A stretch of 32,000 bases of DNA from Acholeplasma laidlawii PG-8A (GCF_000018785.1 NC_010163.1:90001-122000), one strand, 5' to 3'. Shown: positions 18,152-27,679, counted from the first letter of the stretch. A program made the numbers and translations. The notes: generated by a model from the sequence alone, not told the origin.

Positions 18152-18863
18152 GGCAATTTTCAGTTATGATGGCACAAATTATAGTGGCTATCAAAAACAA
18201 ATTAATCAATTAGGTATTCAAACAGTTATCGAAAAAGCATTTAGGCTGATGACTCAAATAGATATAGAAACCTTTGCCGCCTCTAGAACAGATAAGGGGG
18301 TACATGCATTACATCAAGTACTTCATTTTGATTCAGATATTGAGTTAACATCGGATCAATGGGTAGATGCTTTAAATAAAAGACTACCTACAGATATTAG
18401 ACTGATGAAAGTTACACCAGTAAAGGATAACTTTCATGCAAGACACAGTGCAAAGTCTAAAAGATATATTTATAAAATAGCCAAACAACCATCAACAGTC
18501 TTTAGAGGTAACCACGAACTTTATGTGAAGCACTTTGACATTGATCTTGTTAAAGATCATTTGCATACAATTGTAGGTACACACGACTTTAGCGGGTTTA
18601 GTCCAAACAAAGAACATAAACCACCAATCAAAACTATTTATAGTTTTGATTATAAAGAAACCAAAACTCATTATATATTTAGCATTCATGGCAACAGCTT
18701 TTTAAGATATATGGTGCGTATTATTATGGGGAATGTGATTGCTGTAGCAACAAATAAAAAACCTCAAAACCAACTAGAAATATTACTTGAAACTAAAAAT
18801 AGAGAACTATCTGCAAAAACAGCAGATGCTAAAGGACTATATTTAAAACATATTTATTATTAA
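18141..18863 (+). CDS. truA: tRNA pseudouridine(38-40) synthase TruA
   Basis: TTG start overlapping the end of ecfT. (M)RYK...SYDGT.YSGYQ.Q and the catalytic ASRTDKGVHA motif. Conserved ecfT-truA linkage. Confidence 0.92.
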   Translation: MRYKAIFSYDGTNYSGYQKQINQLGIQTVIEKAFRLMTQIDIETFAASRTDKGVHALHQVLHFDSDIELTSDQWVDALNKRLPTDIRLMKVTPVKDNFHARHSAKSKRYIYKIAKQPSTVFRGNHELYVKHFDIDLVKDHLHTIVGTHDFSGFSPNKEHKPPIKTIYSFDYKETKTHYIFSIHGNSFLRYMVRIIMGNVIAVATNKKPQNQLEILLETKNRELSAKTADAKGLYLKHIYY

Positions 18864-18886
18864 TATTAGAAAAAGGGGCATGCATT

Positions 18887-19492
18887 ATGTTTATTACATT
18901 TGAAGGCGGAGAAGGTAGCGGTAAAACGACCTTAATCGAAAAACTAAAACACACATTACTAGAGAAAAAATACGATGTACTAACCACGCGTGAACCTGGT
19001 GGATCTAAGGTTGCTGAAAAAATTCGTTCTGTATTACTGGATAATAAAAACACAGAAATCACTGCACATACAGAAGCTCTTTTATTTGCAGCAAGTAGAG
19101 CACAACATTTAGATGAAGTCATCATTCCTAATTTAGATAAAGTCATACTTTGTGACCGATATATCGATTCATCCTATGCGTATCAAGCGTTTGGTAGAAA
19201 CCTAGGTATGGAGTTTGTTCAAAGTATTAATAGTTATGCATTAAAATACTTACCTGACTTAACATTTTATATCGACTTAGATCCTAAAACAGGTATTGAT
19301 AGAGTAAAGAAAAACAGATTACATAAAACAGATAGATTAGACATGGAAGTTCAAACATTTCATCAAAAGGTACGTGAAGGTTATATTCGCATTTCAGAAA
19401 TGTTTAAAGAACGTATCGTCGTGATTGATGGTAATCAATCGATTGATGCAATCTATCAAATTATAATGGATAACATATTAAAACGCCTATGA
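18887..19492 (+). CDS. tmk: Thymidylate kinase
   Basis: MFITFEGGEGSGKTT P-loop, TREPGG and DRY.DSS.AYQ motifs. Confidence 0.93.
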   Translation: MFITFEGGEGSGKTTLIEKLKHTLLEKKYDVLTTREPGGSKVAEKIRSVLLDNKNTEITAHTEALLFAASRAQHLDEVIIPNLDKVILCDRYIDSSYAYQAFGRNLGMEFVQSINSYALKYLPDLTFYIDLDPKTGIDRVKKNRLHKTDRLDMEVQTFHQKVREGYIRISEMFKERIVVIDGNQSIDAIYQIIMDNILKRL

Positions 19493-20439
19493 ATAAAATA
19501 GTTGAAAGATTTAAATATGCAATTGAAAAAGAAAGACTTTCCCACTTATATGTTATAAGTGGGTCTTTAGGTCTTACCAAGCAAAATCTAGTTAAAGATA
19601 TCGCGTATTTAATCTTTAAACATCATAAGGACTATCCAACTTTAAAACACCAACTAGATAGTTTTAATCATCCAAACTTAGTTTACATCTCAGGGGAAGG
19701 TCAATCTATAAAAAAAGACCAAATCATGAGTTTACAACAAGAGTTTTCTAAAACATCATTAGTCAGTGGGCCTAGAATCTTTATTATTGAACAAGCTGAG
19801 ACGATGTCTACTCAAGCAGCAAACTCACTTCTTAAATTCTTAGAAGAACCAAAAGATGATGATACCATTGGATTTTTACTCGTAGATGATATCAATCTAA
19901 TGTTACCTACTATTTTGAGCCGTGCTCAAATTATTAGGTTAACAGACACTTTTGATGATAGTTTTATACAAGTTTTAATGGAACAAGAAATAGATATTAA
20001 AAATGCACATTTTATTGCATCCTTGACTAAAGAGTTAAACGAAGCTTTAGCTATTTTTGCAGACCAAAAATATATGGATACTGTGGAGTTTATTGATACC
20101 TTTATCAACTGGCTTAACAATCCAAGAACACCGCTTACGCCACTTTTTATGACGATAAGTCAAGCGCTATATCAAGATAAAGAATATATCATCTTTATCT
20201 TAGATACAATGTGTCAAATCTTTTTAGACATACTTCATTTACATATGAATCAAAAAGTGACCTATGAGTTTATGATGGAATCTTTATTAGAGTATGTAAA
20301 GCGTATTAAATCAGATACAGCACAACGTGTTATTTTAAGATTACAAGATCAAATTAAAAATTTAAGATTACCAGTCAATATAAGTTTACAACTTACCTCA
20401 TTAGCACTGGATTTAGAAAGTATTGTTCGAAATGGTTAA
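19489..20439 (+). CDS. holB: DNA polymerase III delta' subunit
   Basis: ATGA overlap with tmk. RLSHLY.ISG, ANSLLKFLEEP and ILSRAQ (SRC-type) motifs. tmk-holB synteny. Confidence 0.85.
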   Translation: MNKIVERFKYAIEKERLSHLYVISGSLGLTKQNLVKDIAYLIFKHHKDYPTLKHQLDSFNHPNLVYISGEGQSIKKDQIMSLQQEFSKTSLVSGPRIFIIEQAETMSTQAANSLLKFLEEPKDDDTIGFLLVDDINLMLPTILSRAQIIRLTDTFDDSFIQVLMEQEIDIKNAHFIASLTKELNEALAIFADQKYMDTVEFIDTFINWLNNPRTPLTPLFMTISQALYQDKEYIIFILDTMCQIFLDILHLHMNQKVTYEFMMESLLEYVKRIKSDTAQRVILRLQDQIKNLRLPVNISLQLTSLALDLESIVRNG

Positions 20440-21151
20440 AAGAGATTTGTTAGGTACTAAATTATATATTGAATCAGATATTGGTAAAGCATTTAATATG
20501 GATACCATTATTTTAAGTGACTTTGTAAGAGTTCCTAAAGACACCAAATCTATTTTAGACTTTGGAACTGGTAATGGAGCGATTATGCTGTATTTATCCC
20601 AAAGATTTTCTGGGCATATCACCGGTATTGAACTTCAAGAAAAACGTTATGAACTGGCAGTTCATAACATTAAACTCAACAACTTAGAATCTAGACTTGA
20701 TGTAGTCAACATGGACCTAAAAACTTATCGATCTAAAAAACATGCGGACATCATCGTATCAAACCCACCGTTTTTTAAGGTCAATAACCAAACCAAACAA
20801 AGTATCGACATGGATATGCAAATTGCTAAACATGAAATACACTTAAATTTAGAAACCTTAATTGAAGCTGTTAGTAAAAACATTAAACATGGTGGACTAT
20901 TCTTCATGGTACATAAAGCGAATAGATTAGAAGAAATTATCTTAGAACTTAACAAATTTGACTTTAAATTAAAACGTATGAGACTTGTTCATCCATCACT
21001 TCATCATGAACCCAATCAAGTCTTAATTGAAGCTAAATTTAAAGGTAAGGGCCATTTAATTGTCGAACCACCTTTAATTCAGTATAAAGAAAAAGGCATC
21101 TACAGCGATGAGATGCAATCAATTTATGATGGAAGGATGTATCATAAATGA
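20423..21151 (+). CDS. SAM-dependent methyltransferase, tRNA (adenine-N6) TrmN6/YabB-like
   Basis: SAM motif I LDFGTGNGAI and catalytic IVSNPPFF. Sits at the position of B. subtilis yabB, upstream of rsmI. Confidence 0.7.
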   Translation: MFEMVKRDLLGTKLYIESDIGKAFNMDTIILSDFVRVPKDTKSILDFGTGNGAIMLYLSQRFSGHITGIELQEKRYELAVHNIKLNNLESRLDVVNMDLKTYRSKKHADIIVSNPPFFKVNNQTKQSIDMDMQIAKHEIHLNLETLIEAVSKNIKHGGLFFMVHKANRLEEIILELNKFDFKLKRMRLVHPSLHHEPNQVLIEAKFKGKGHLIVEPPLIQYKEKGIYSDEMQSIYDGRMYHK

Positions 21152-21996
21152 ACATACAAATAAGTTATGATGTTTTAAAACCAACACTATACATCGTAAG
21201 TACACCCATTGGTAGCTTAAAGGATATCACCTTAAGAGCAATTGAAGTCTTAAAAAGTGTAGATATCATTTTATGTGAAGATACTAGAGTGACTTCAAAA
21301 CTTCTAGATGCATATGATATTCATGTGCCACTAAAAAGTTATCAAAAATTTAATGAGCGCTCCATGGTTTTGCAAGTCATTGAATACCTAGATAATAAGA
21401 TGTCAGTCGCACTTGTATCGGATGCAGGTACACCTTTAATTAGTGACCCAGGCTTTATTTTAGTCGATGAACTTATTGGTAAAAACTATAATGTTGTAAG
21501 TATACCAGGTGCATCCGCACTGTTATCAGCACTTGTAACATCAGGGATACTTACTCAACCATTTACCTTTATTGGTTTTTTACCAAGAAAACTTGGTGAA
21601 ATCAATAAAGTATTAAAAGATTATGTGTCAAGAAAAGAAAGTTTAATCATTTATGAATCACCAAACCGTGTTCAAAAAACACTATCCTATATGCTAGATA
21701 TACTAGGTAATAGAAGAGTAAGTGTAGCAAGAGAGCTTACAAAGAAATTTGAAACTTATTATAGAGGCTACATCAAAGATATTTTAGAAACTACACTAGA
21801 TACACGGGGCGAATACGTCATTGTTGTAGAAGGAAGTACTACAAGTGATGTCAAAATTGAAGATCCTGTTGAGCTTGTCTTAAGTTATATGAAACAAGGT
21901 TATGATGAAAAAGAAGCCATTAAACAAGCGAGTAAGGATTTAGGTGTTCATAAATCTGAAGTATATAAAATATTTAAAATAGATAAAAGTAGTTGA
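21148..21996 (+). CDS. rsmI: 16S rRNA (cytidine1402-2'-O)-methyltransferase RsmI
   Basis: ATGA overlap with the upstream gene. LYIV.TPIG.L.DIT.RA...L..VD.I.CEDTR and SDAG.P.ISDPG motifs. Confidence 0.9.
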   Translation: MNIQISYDVLKPTLYIVSTPIGSLKDITLRAIEVLKSVDIILCEDTRVTSKLLDAYDIHVPLKSYQKFNERSMVLQVIEYLDNKMSVALVSDAGTPLISDPGFILVDELIGKNYNVVSIPGASALLSALVTSGILTQPFTFIGFLPRKLGEINKVLKDYVSRKESLIIYESPNRVQKTLSYMLDILGNRRVSVARELTKKFETYYRGYIKDILETTLDTRGEYVIVVEGSTTSDVKIEDPVELVLSYMKQGYDEKEAIKQASKDLGVHKSEVYKIFKIDKSS

Positions 21997-21999
21997 TTT

Positions 22000-22029
22000 A
22001 CAATCACCCATTATTGGGTGATTGTTTTA
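22000..22029 (+). terminator. Rho-independent terminator after rsmI
   Basis: Perfect 11-bp stem ACAATCACCCA / TGGGTGATTGT, loop TTAT, then TTTTA. On the minus strand the hairpin is not followed by a U-run. Confidence 0.75.
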
Positions 22030-22079
22030 TTAATGAAATCCTTTTTGTTTTATAAAATATAAAAATTTGAATAAGTTAT

Positions 22080-24713
22080 CTACGCATCTAATTTATCTAA
22101 CCTAAAGGTATGAATAGTACCTATTGGCGGTGTATAAAAAACACCATAGCTTACTCTAAAATAGTACGTACCTGATGTTAAATCAAGCGTTAAGGATGTA
22201 CTAGAATAACTCCTAATGAGTTTTCCTTGTTCATTAAAAATAGTGATGTTAACAGATTTACTAGAATAGATTTGAACTTTCGCATCATTTAAAAGAACAA
22301 ATGATGCATAATCTGAATCACCTAAATAATCTAGTTTAAATTCAAAATCTTCTTTCCAATTTATGGTTGTTAAAGAGTCCATAAAAGAATCATCTAAAGC
22401 TACTAAAGGATCATCTACAATATAAACTTGTACAGCAATTTTTATCGTTTGATGCATGTCATTTTCTTTAAAATAAAGTGTATATGTTTCAGCTTCTAAA
22501 TAGAGTAATAATGATGACGGATCATAAAGATTTATAACATTTCCTAGACTGTCTAAAAGAACTAGTTCATTAGGATAATATAAATCAATATAGACGTAAT
22601 CGGCTTTACTTAATGAAAAGTGAAGTTTTTTTATGTTTTGAGGGTACCAATTATAAGTATCATAACTATTTATATTTCTATTCATAAGTGTATTTGATAG
22701 ATTAGTTGTATCGTAAGGTGTTAGCGTATCGGAGGTTAAGTTTGTAGGAACATCTCTTGATGATTTGATTTTATAACTTAAAATTGTAGGTACTCTTAAG
22801 GCATAATCGCCTTTGGTTAAATATATTTTAGTTTGAGTTTCTGTAATACTAAAAGATGTATAAGACCGATAAACACCTAAATCGTTTGATTTGGAGATAT
22901 ATGCGCTATAACCGTATCTAGGAAAAGATAACATCTCATCTAATAATATATCAATGACAAAATAGCCATCATTATCCATTTTAAAAGTAAAATCATTTGA
23001 TCCGTTTCTTGATGTGACAATAAACTCATCACTATAACTATCAGTTAAAGTGATACCATCATGCCAAGTCACACCGTGTAAATCTATCTCAAATAAAATG
23101 GTTTCAACATACCAACTACTGACTCTAAATTTGTTGATGCCTGGTGTTAAACTTATATAAATCGGCTTACCTTCTTTATGATTTAAATTGGAACTATCTA
23201 GATGATCAGCACTTATATATCGGTAGATAAAGAGATTAGAAGCTTTATTGGGAGAAAGTGTAAGTAGTCCACCTTCTGGTGCTTCAACTGCTAGAATAAC
23301 ATAATCATATAAGCCTTCTATTTCAACATTTATGGCATCTTCTGTAAGTAATATTGGGTTAAGTTGATCACCTATTGTTTTATAACTATTTAGAGGAAAA
23401 ATCCTAAAGTCATAAAGTTTAATAAAGTCTGCTCGAGATGAAATGGCTAAAATATATGTACCTTCTGTTATGTTGTAGATATTTTTGTGTTCTGCATAAA
23501 GAGGATCAGTTGACTTATCAAATTGAACTAATGTTCCATCTAAAGTGTAGAAGGTCATATCAAATGAGGAATCAATTTCAAAGGCATATAAGTCTGCGGT
23601 TAGTTCAACTCGATAATAATTTGTTGTACCTGAAACAAATAGTTGGTCTTTAACTGTTTGGCTAACATCTGTTGAATGTGCTATAAGATCAGGGTTTAAA
23701 GGAGGCATTTGAACATAGTTATTTAGATTAGCCTCACTAAATGTTGAAGTATCATAGGTCATACTGACCATAATAGATCCACCCTCAAAGTTGAGTTTTA
23801 CTGTTTCTGTGTATGAATAATCATTAACTTTAATAGTTACAGTCAATGTGTTCTCTTTATAGACATTTAAGAAAGCATTCATAGTGTTTTCATCTGTAAT
23901 CAGTTGTCTTAAAATGGTTTTTGTATCACCGGTTAGTGTATACATATCATCTTCAAATGAATAGAAAAAATCATCCGATAAAACAATACCAATATTTGTA
24001 TCGGGCATGGAGTCAACCTCATCAATGGAATCAAATTGATCAATTAATCTATAATAATTTAGAGATTCAAATCGTCCAACCTCTGTGAGTATATATGAAT
24101 TATTTGACTCATTTATAATAATTCCTTGATTGTTAGAAAAACTACTTAGGTAAAATGGTGATTGCCTGATGTTTATAAAGACACTTTCATTAAACGTTTG
24201 ACCGCTAATTGTTAGTGCTATCTTTGTTTCGATAGAAAGTTCAGTGGCATCTAAGAAAGGTGTTAACTTGGATTCAAGTTGTAACTTTATCTCTTCAGAT
24301 TTTTCATAATCTATTTCTCTAGATATATTTGTTAAAATTTTTCCTTTAATAGAGGTTATTTTGACGGTTGTTTGATCACTAAATCTTGGCACGTTAATTG
24401 TCAAATTAGAATTCAATGTATAAGTATGTGTGTGTGATGTAGTTGTGTTATTATCAAAAAAGTTGGAATAATGTTTTAAACTGTAGGTTATTTCAACATC
24501 ATCTAATAATGCATCACCATCTTTAATTGTAACAATGATTTGAATAAACTTCACACCTTCGTTAGATGAAGGTGTGAAAGTACTGATTTCTATAAAGTCA
24601 GTATAGTTATCCATCATTAAATCATAGCTAAATTTGTAGCGATTTGAATCGTTAGAACAACCTGTTAAAAATAATATAAATATAGTAACACTAACATAAA
24701 TAAATTTTCTCAT
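22080..24713 (-). CDS. Large lipoprotein of unknown function with five C-terminal ~107-aa beta-rich repeats
   Basis: Signal peptide plus lipobox (LFLTG-C). No catalytic motif recognised. Start ATG at 24713 preferred, because GGGGG (24720-24724) lies 6 nt upstream of it. The ORF-track ATG at 24719 directly abuts that G-run. Confidence 0.8.
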   Translation of the reverse strand: MRKFIYVSVTIFILFLTGCSNDSNRYKFSYDLMMDNYTDFIEISTFTPSSNEGVKFIQIIVTIKDGDALLDDVEITYSLKHYSNFFDNNTTTSHTHTYTLNSNLTINVPRFSDQTTVKITSIKGKILTNISREIDYEKSEEIKLQLESKLTPFLDATELSIETKIALTISGQTFNESVFINIRQSPFYLSSFSNNQGIIINESNNSYILTEVGRFESLNYYRLIDQFDSIDEVDSMPDTNIGIVLSDDFFYSFEDDMYTLTGDTKTILRQLITDENTMNAFLNVYKENTLTVTIKVNDYSYTETVKLNFEGGSIMVSMTYDTSTFSEANLNNYVQMPPLNPDLIAHSTDVSQTVKDQLFVSGTTNYYRVELTADLYAFEIDSSFDMTFYTLDGTLVQFDKSTDPLYAEHKNIYNITEGTYILAISSRADFIKLYDFRIFPLNSYKTIGDQLNPILLTEDAINVEIEGLYDYVILAVEAPEGGLLTLSPNKASNLFIYRYISADHLDSSNLNHKEGKPIYISLTPGINKFRVSSWYVETILFEIDLHGVTWHDGITLTDSYSDEFIVTSRNGSNDFTFKMDNDGYFVIDILLDEMLSFPRYGYSAYISKSNDLGVYRSYTSFSITETQTKIYLTKGDYALRVPTILSYKIKSSRDVPTNLTSDTLTPYDTTNLSNTLMNRNINSYDTYNWYPQNIKKLHFSLSKADYVYIDLYYPNELVLLDSLGNVINLYDPSSLLLYLEAETYTLYFKENDMHQTIKIAVQVYIVDDPLVALDDSFMDSLTTINWKEDFEFKLDYLGDSDYASFVLLNDAKVQIYSSKSVNITIFNEQGKLIRSYSSTSLTLDLTSGTYYFRVSYGVFYTPPIGTIHTFRLDKLDA

Positions 24714-24732
24714 AATCATCCCCCATAAACAT

Positions 24733-24741
24733 ATTCTAGCA
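24733..24741 (-). promoter_or_regulatory. Candidate extended -10 promoter (TGcTAGAAT, minus strand) for the lipoprotein gene
   Basis: The reverse complement of 24733-24741 reads TGCTAGAAT. This predicts a very short 5' UTR that just includes the G-rich Shine-Dalgarno. Confidence 0.35.
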
Positions 24742-24870
24742 TATTAAAGTGTGATTAAAAAGGTTTTAAATAAACATACGAAAGACGTAATTTATGGTAC
24801 ATATTTTATTTAATGAATCTAGGGGGGTTTTATTTTATTTTTTATAATATAATATACTTATAATTGAATC

Positions 24871-25116
24871 TATACGATGAAAAAGAAGTGTGTAGTTATA
24901 AAAATTTTAAAGAGAGTCTTTCGCTGGTGGAAGAAAGATAAATTTAGATTACACATATGGCTTTTGGAGTAATTTATCCGATATGTAGGGTAAATCGTGA
25001 AATCTTTGCGTTAAAAGAGTAAAGTGCTATGTACATTGTATATAGAACTAAGGTGGTACCGCGGATTATTAAATGATGTTCGTCCTTAGACTAGTTTTTA
25101 GTTTAAGGATTTTTTT
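24871..25116 (+). promoter_or_regulatory. T-box riboswitch leader, methionine specifier (AUG)
   Basis: T-box sequence AACTAAGGTGGTACCGCG at 25046-25063. Stem I elements: GATGA at 24876-24880, AGAGAG at 24911-24916, and the TCTTTC/GAAAGA distal helix with a GCTGGTGGAA loop. ATG at 24957-24959 lies in the predicted specifier loop. Antiterminator pairing CTAAGG (25048-25053) / CCTTAG (25084-25089) competes with the terminator TCCTTAGACTA (25083-25093) / TAGTTTAAGGA (25099-25109) plus T7. Candidate -10 TATAAT at 24859-24864. Confidence 0.88.
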
Positions 25117-26685
25117 ATGGAAAGGAATAAAAAAATGGATAAGAAAAAATATTATATATCAACAGCAATTGCATATGCATCAGCAATCCCTCATATCGGT
25201 AACGTATATGAGATTATTTTAGCAGACGCAATCGCCCGTTTTAAGCGTTTAGAAGGTTATGATGTATATTTTCAAACGGGAACCGATGAACACGGTCAAA
25301 AGATTGAAAATAACGCTAGAAATCAAAATTTGGAGACATCTGATTATGTCGATATGATCTCTAATGAAATTAAACGTATTTTTGAGTTAGTGAATGTAAA
25401 GTATGACAAATTTATACGTACAACAGATACATATCATAAAGAAGTTGTTCAAAATATCTTTGAAAAATTACTTGAACAAGGTGATATTTATCTAGGTAAA
25501 TATGAAGGATGGTATTCTGTTGCTGATGAGGCGTTTTTAAATAAGGCGGATATCGTAGATGGACTAGCACCTAGTGGAGATATTCCTGTATGGATGAGTG
25601 AGGATACTTACTTTTTTAAATTAAGTAAATATCAAGATAGAATCGTTAAACATATTAAAGATAACCCATCATTTATTGAACCTGAAAATAGACGTAATGA
25701 AGTACTACAAAGTTTCTTAAGTGAAAAACTACCAGATTTAAGTGTATCTAGAACTTCTTTTAAATGGGGGATTCCAGTTAAAAGTAATCCAGAACATGTT
25801 ATTTATGTTTGGATAGACGCTTTAAGTAACTATATTACAGGTTTAGGTTATAATCTAGATAGTAATAGTGATGCTATGAAAGATTTTTGGCCAGCGGACC
25901 TACATTTAATTGGTAAAGATATTATGCGTTTCCACGCTGTTTATTGGCCAGCACTGTTACTAGCATTAGGCTTGCCATTACCTAAAAAGATTTTTGGTCA
26001 CCCATGGGTTTTAGTAGATAAAAATAAGATGAGTAAGTCTGTTGGTAATACGCTTTATACAGATAATTTGGTTAAACATTTTGGTGTAGATGCTCTAAGA
26101 TATTATGTATTACATGAGATTCCTTTTGCAGCAGATGGTAATATAACTTATGAGTTAATGATTGAAAGAAATAACTCTGATTTAGCAAACACTTTAGGTA
26201 ATTTAGTAAACCGTACCATTGGTATGGTGAATAAATACCAAAATGGTTTAGTTAAAAAAGTGATAATCAACGAACCATTTGATTATAGTTTAAAAAATAA
26301 GTGTGAAGCACTACTTGATAAAGTAAGTACTTTAATGAATGAACTTAGAGTAGGTGATGCGATTGAAGAACTTATGATTGTTGCTAGAGCAGCAAATAAG
26401 TATATCGATCTATCAGAACCTTGGAATTTAAATAAAAACGGCGAAACTGAAAAGTTAAGTCATGTATTATATAGTTTAGTTGAGACGATTCGCTTCTTAG
26501 CTGTCTTCCTACAAAGTTATATGCCAGAAACTGCTTTAAAAATATTTGAGCAATTAAATATTGAAGCATCTGGATTAGATAGTGTTAAAACATTTGGGTT
26601 ATACCCAGAACAACAAATTGGTACTGCAAAAGTATTATTTGAAAGATTTGATTTAGAAAAGAAATTAAATGAGATTATAGGGTAA
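25117..26685 (+). CDS. metG: Methionine--tRNA ligase (short form, no C-terminal tRNA-binding appendix)
   Basis: HIGH-type motif PHIGNVYE and KMSKS at KNKMSKSVGN. Preceded by the Met T-box. The alternative start ATG at 25135 (MDKKKYYIST, AAAGGA 8 nt upstream) is equally plausible. Confidence 0.92.
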   Translation: MERNKKMDKKKYYISTAIAYASAIPHIGNVYEIILADAIARFKRLEGYDVYFQTGTDEHGQKIENNARNQNLETSDYVDMISNEIKRIFELVNVKYDKFIRTTDTYHKEVVQNIFEKLLEQGDIYLGKYEGWYSVADEAFLNKADIVDGLAPSGDIPVWMSEDTYFFKLSKYQDRIVKHIKDNPSFIEPENRRNEVLQSFLSEKLPDLSVSRTSFKWGIPVKSNPEHVIYVWIDALSNYITGLGYNLDSNSDAMKDFWPADLHLIGKDIMRFHAVYWPALLLALGLPLPKKIFGHPWVLVDKNKMSKSVGNTLYTDNLVKHFGVDALRYYVLHEIPFAADGNITYELMIERNNSDLANTLGNLVNRTIGMVNKYQNGLVKKVIINEPFDYSLKNKCEALLDKVSTLMNELRVGDAIEELMIVARAANKYIDLSEPWNLNKNGETEKLSHVLYSLVETIRFLAVFLQSYMPETALKIFEQLNIEASGLDSVKTFGLYPEQQIGTAKVLFERFDLEKKLNEIIG

Positions 26686-26689
26686 ATAG

Positions 26690-27679
26690 ATGAATAAACT
26701 TAAAGCTTGGATTGGTTCCACAAAGTTTCAAAGGCAAATTAAACCAGAAATAAAAAGAACGATCGCTGTCATAGTATTTACAGTGATTTATGGTATTGGT
26801 GTTACCTGGTTTTTAGAGGCTAGTGTTATACCAATGTATACCGGTGGTATACCAGGGCTAGCACAATTAATTAGAGATTTTATGAAGTTCACGCTTGGCA
26901 TTGACACTTCTGGGTGGGAAGGTTTATTTTTTGGATTGTTTATTACACTATCCAATATACCAATTATGATTTTAGGTTGGTTTGGTGTATCTAAGAAATT
27001 TGTTATTTACTCCATGATTTCAGTTATTATTCAAGCAACCATGTTAGGATTTATTCCTTCTATTAATATTGGATTATCAAGCGAATCTCAAGCCTTGACA
27101 GCAACCATTTTAGGTGGAATATTCATAGGTATTGGTGTGGGTGGTGCCTTAAAATATGGTACATCCACGGGTGGACTTGATGTCATTGCACAATATATTT
27201 CATTAAAAAAAGGACAAAGCGTCGGCTTTGTCTCAATGGTATTAAATATTGTAACAGCTTTACTGGGTGGTTTAATCACAGCACCCGACCTGATTGCAAG
27301 AGGTGTTTTACCAGGTGTTACCCAAACACTTGCGGCAGCAGGTATCGTTATTAGTTATACCATTTTAAGATTAATTATTACAACGATTGTTACAGATAAA
27401 CTGCATACCGCTTATCATTTTACAATGGTTGAAGTGATCACCAATAATCCACAAGACATTGTTTCTGATATTTTATCAAACATTTACCGTGGGGTTACAT
27501 TAATTAATGTTCAAGGTGGTTATACAAAACAAGATAAGACATTAATTAAAGTAGTGATTTCAAGTTATGAGTTTACGACACTTCATCAGCTTGTTAATAG
27601 GCTAGATAGTAAAGCATTTATTGTTGTGACACCAGTAAAACAAGTCTATGGTAATTTTAAAAAGCGCACCATTGCATAA
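26690..27679 (+). CDS. YitT-family membrane protein (YitT membrane domain plus C-terminal DUF2179)
   Basis: Starts 4 nt after the metG stop. Polytopic N-terminal region with GG.PG..Q and STGGLDVIAQ motifs. Soluble C-terminal domain (...GVTLINVQGGYTKQDK.LI.VVIS.YE...L...V...D..AFI.V) is typical of DUF2179. Confidence 0.8.
   Translation: MNKLKAWIGSTKFQRQIKPEIKRTIAVIVFTVIYGIGVTWFLEASVIPMYTGGIPGLAQLIRDFMKFTLGIDTSGWEGLFFGLFITLSNIPIMILGWFGVSKKFVIYSMISVIIQATMLGFIPSINIGLSSESQALTATILGGIFIGIGVGGALKYGTSTGGLDVIAQYISLKKGQSVGFVSMVLNIVTALLGGLITAPDLIARGVLPGVTQTLAAAGIVISYTILRLIITTIVTDKLHTAYHFTMVEVITNNPQDIVSDILSNIYRGVTLINVQGGYTKQDKTLIKVVISSYEFTTLHQLVNRLDSKAFIVVTPVKQVYGNFKKRTIA

Noticed and set aside
24720-24827. 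Homopolymeric G/C tracts near the lipoprotein gene: five C on the plus strand (G5 on the coding minus strand) abutting the ATG at 24720-24724, and G6 at 24822-24827. Considered as slipped-strand phase-variation switches like those of Mollicute surface lipoproteins.
   Set aside because: The tracts are short (5-6 nt), below the lengths usually associated with appreciable slippage. The G5 is adequately explained as the Shine-Dalgarno. Multiple strains or deep reads would be needed to see length variation.
24794-24847. 17-codon ORF (MVHILFNESRGVLFYFL) in the divergent intergenic region upstream of the T-box.
   Set aside because: It has no Shine-Dalgarno, lies upstream of the predicted T-box promoter, and has low-complexity AT-driven composition. 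T-box leaders do not require leader peptides.
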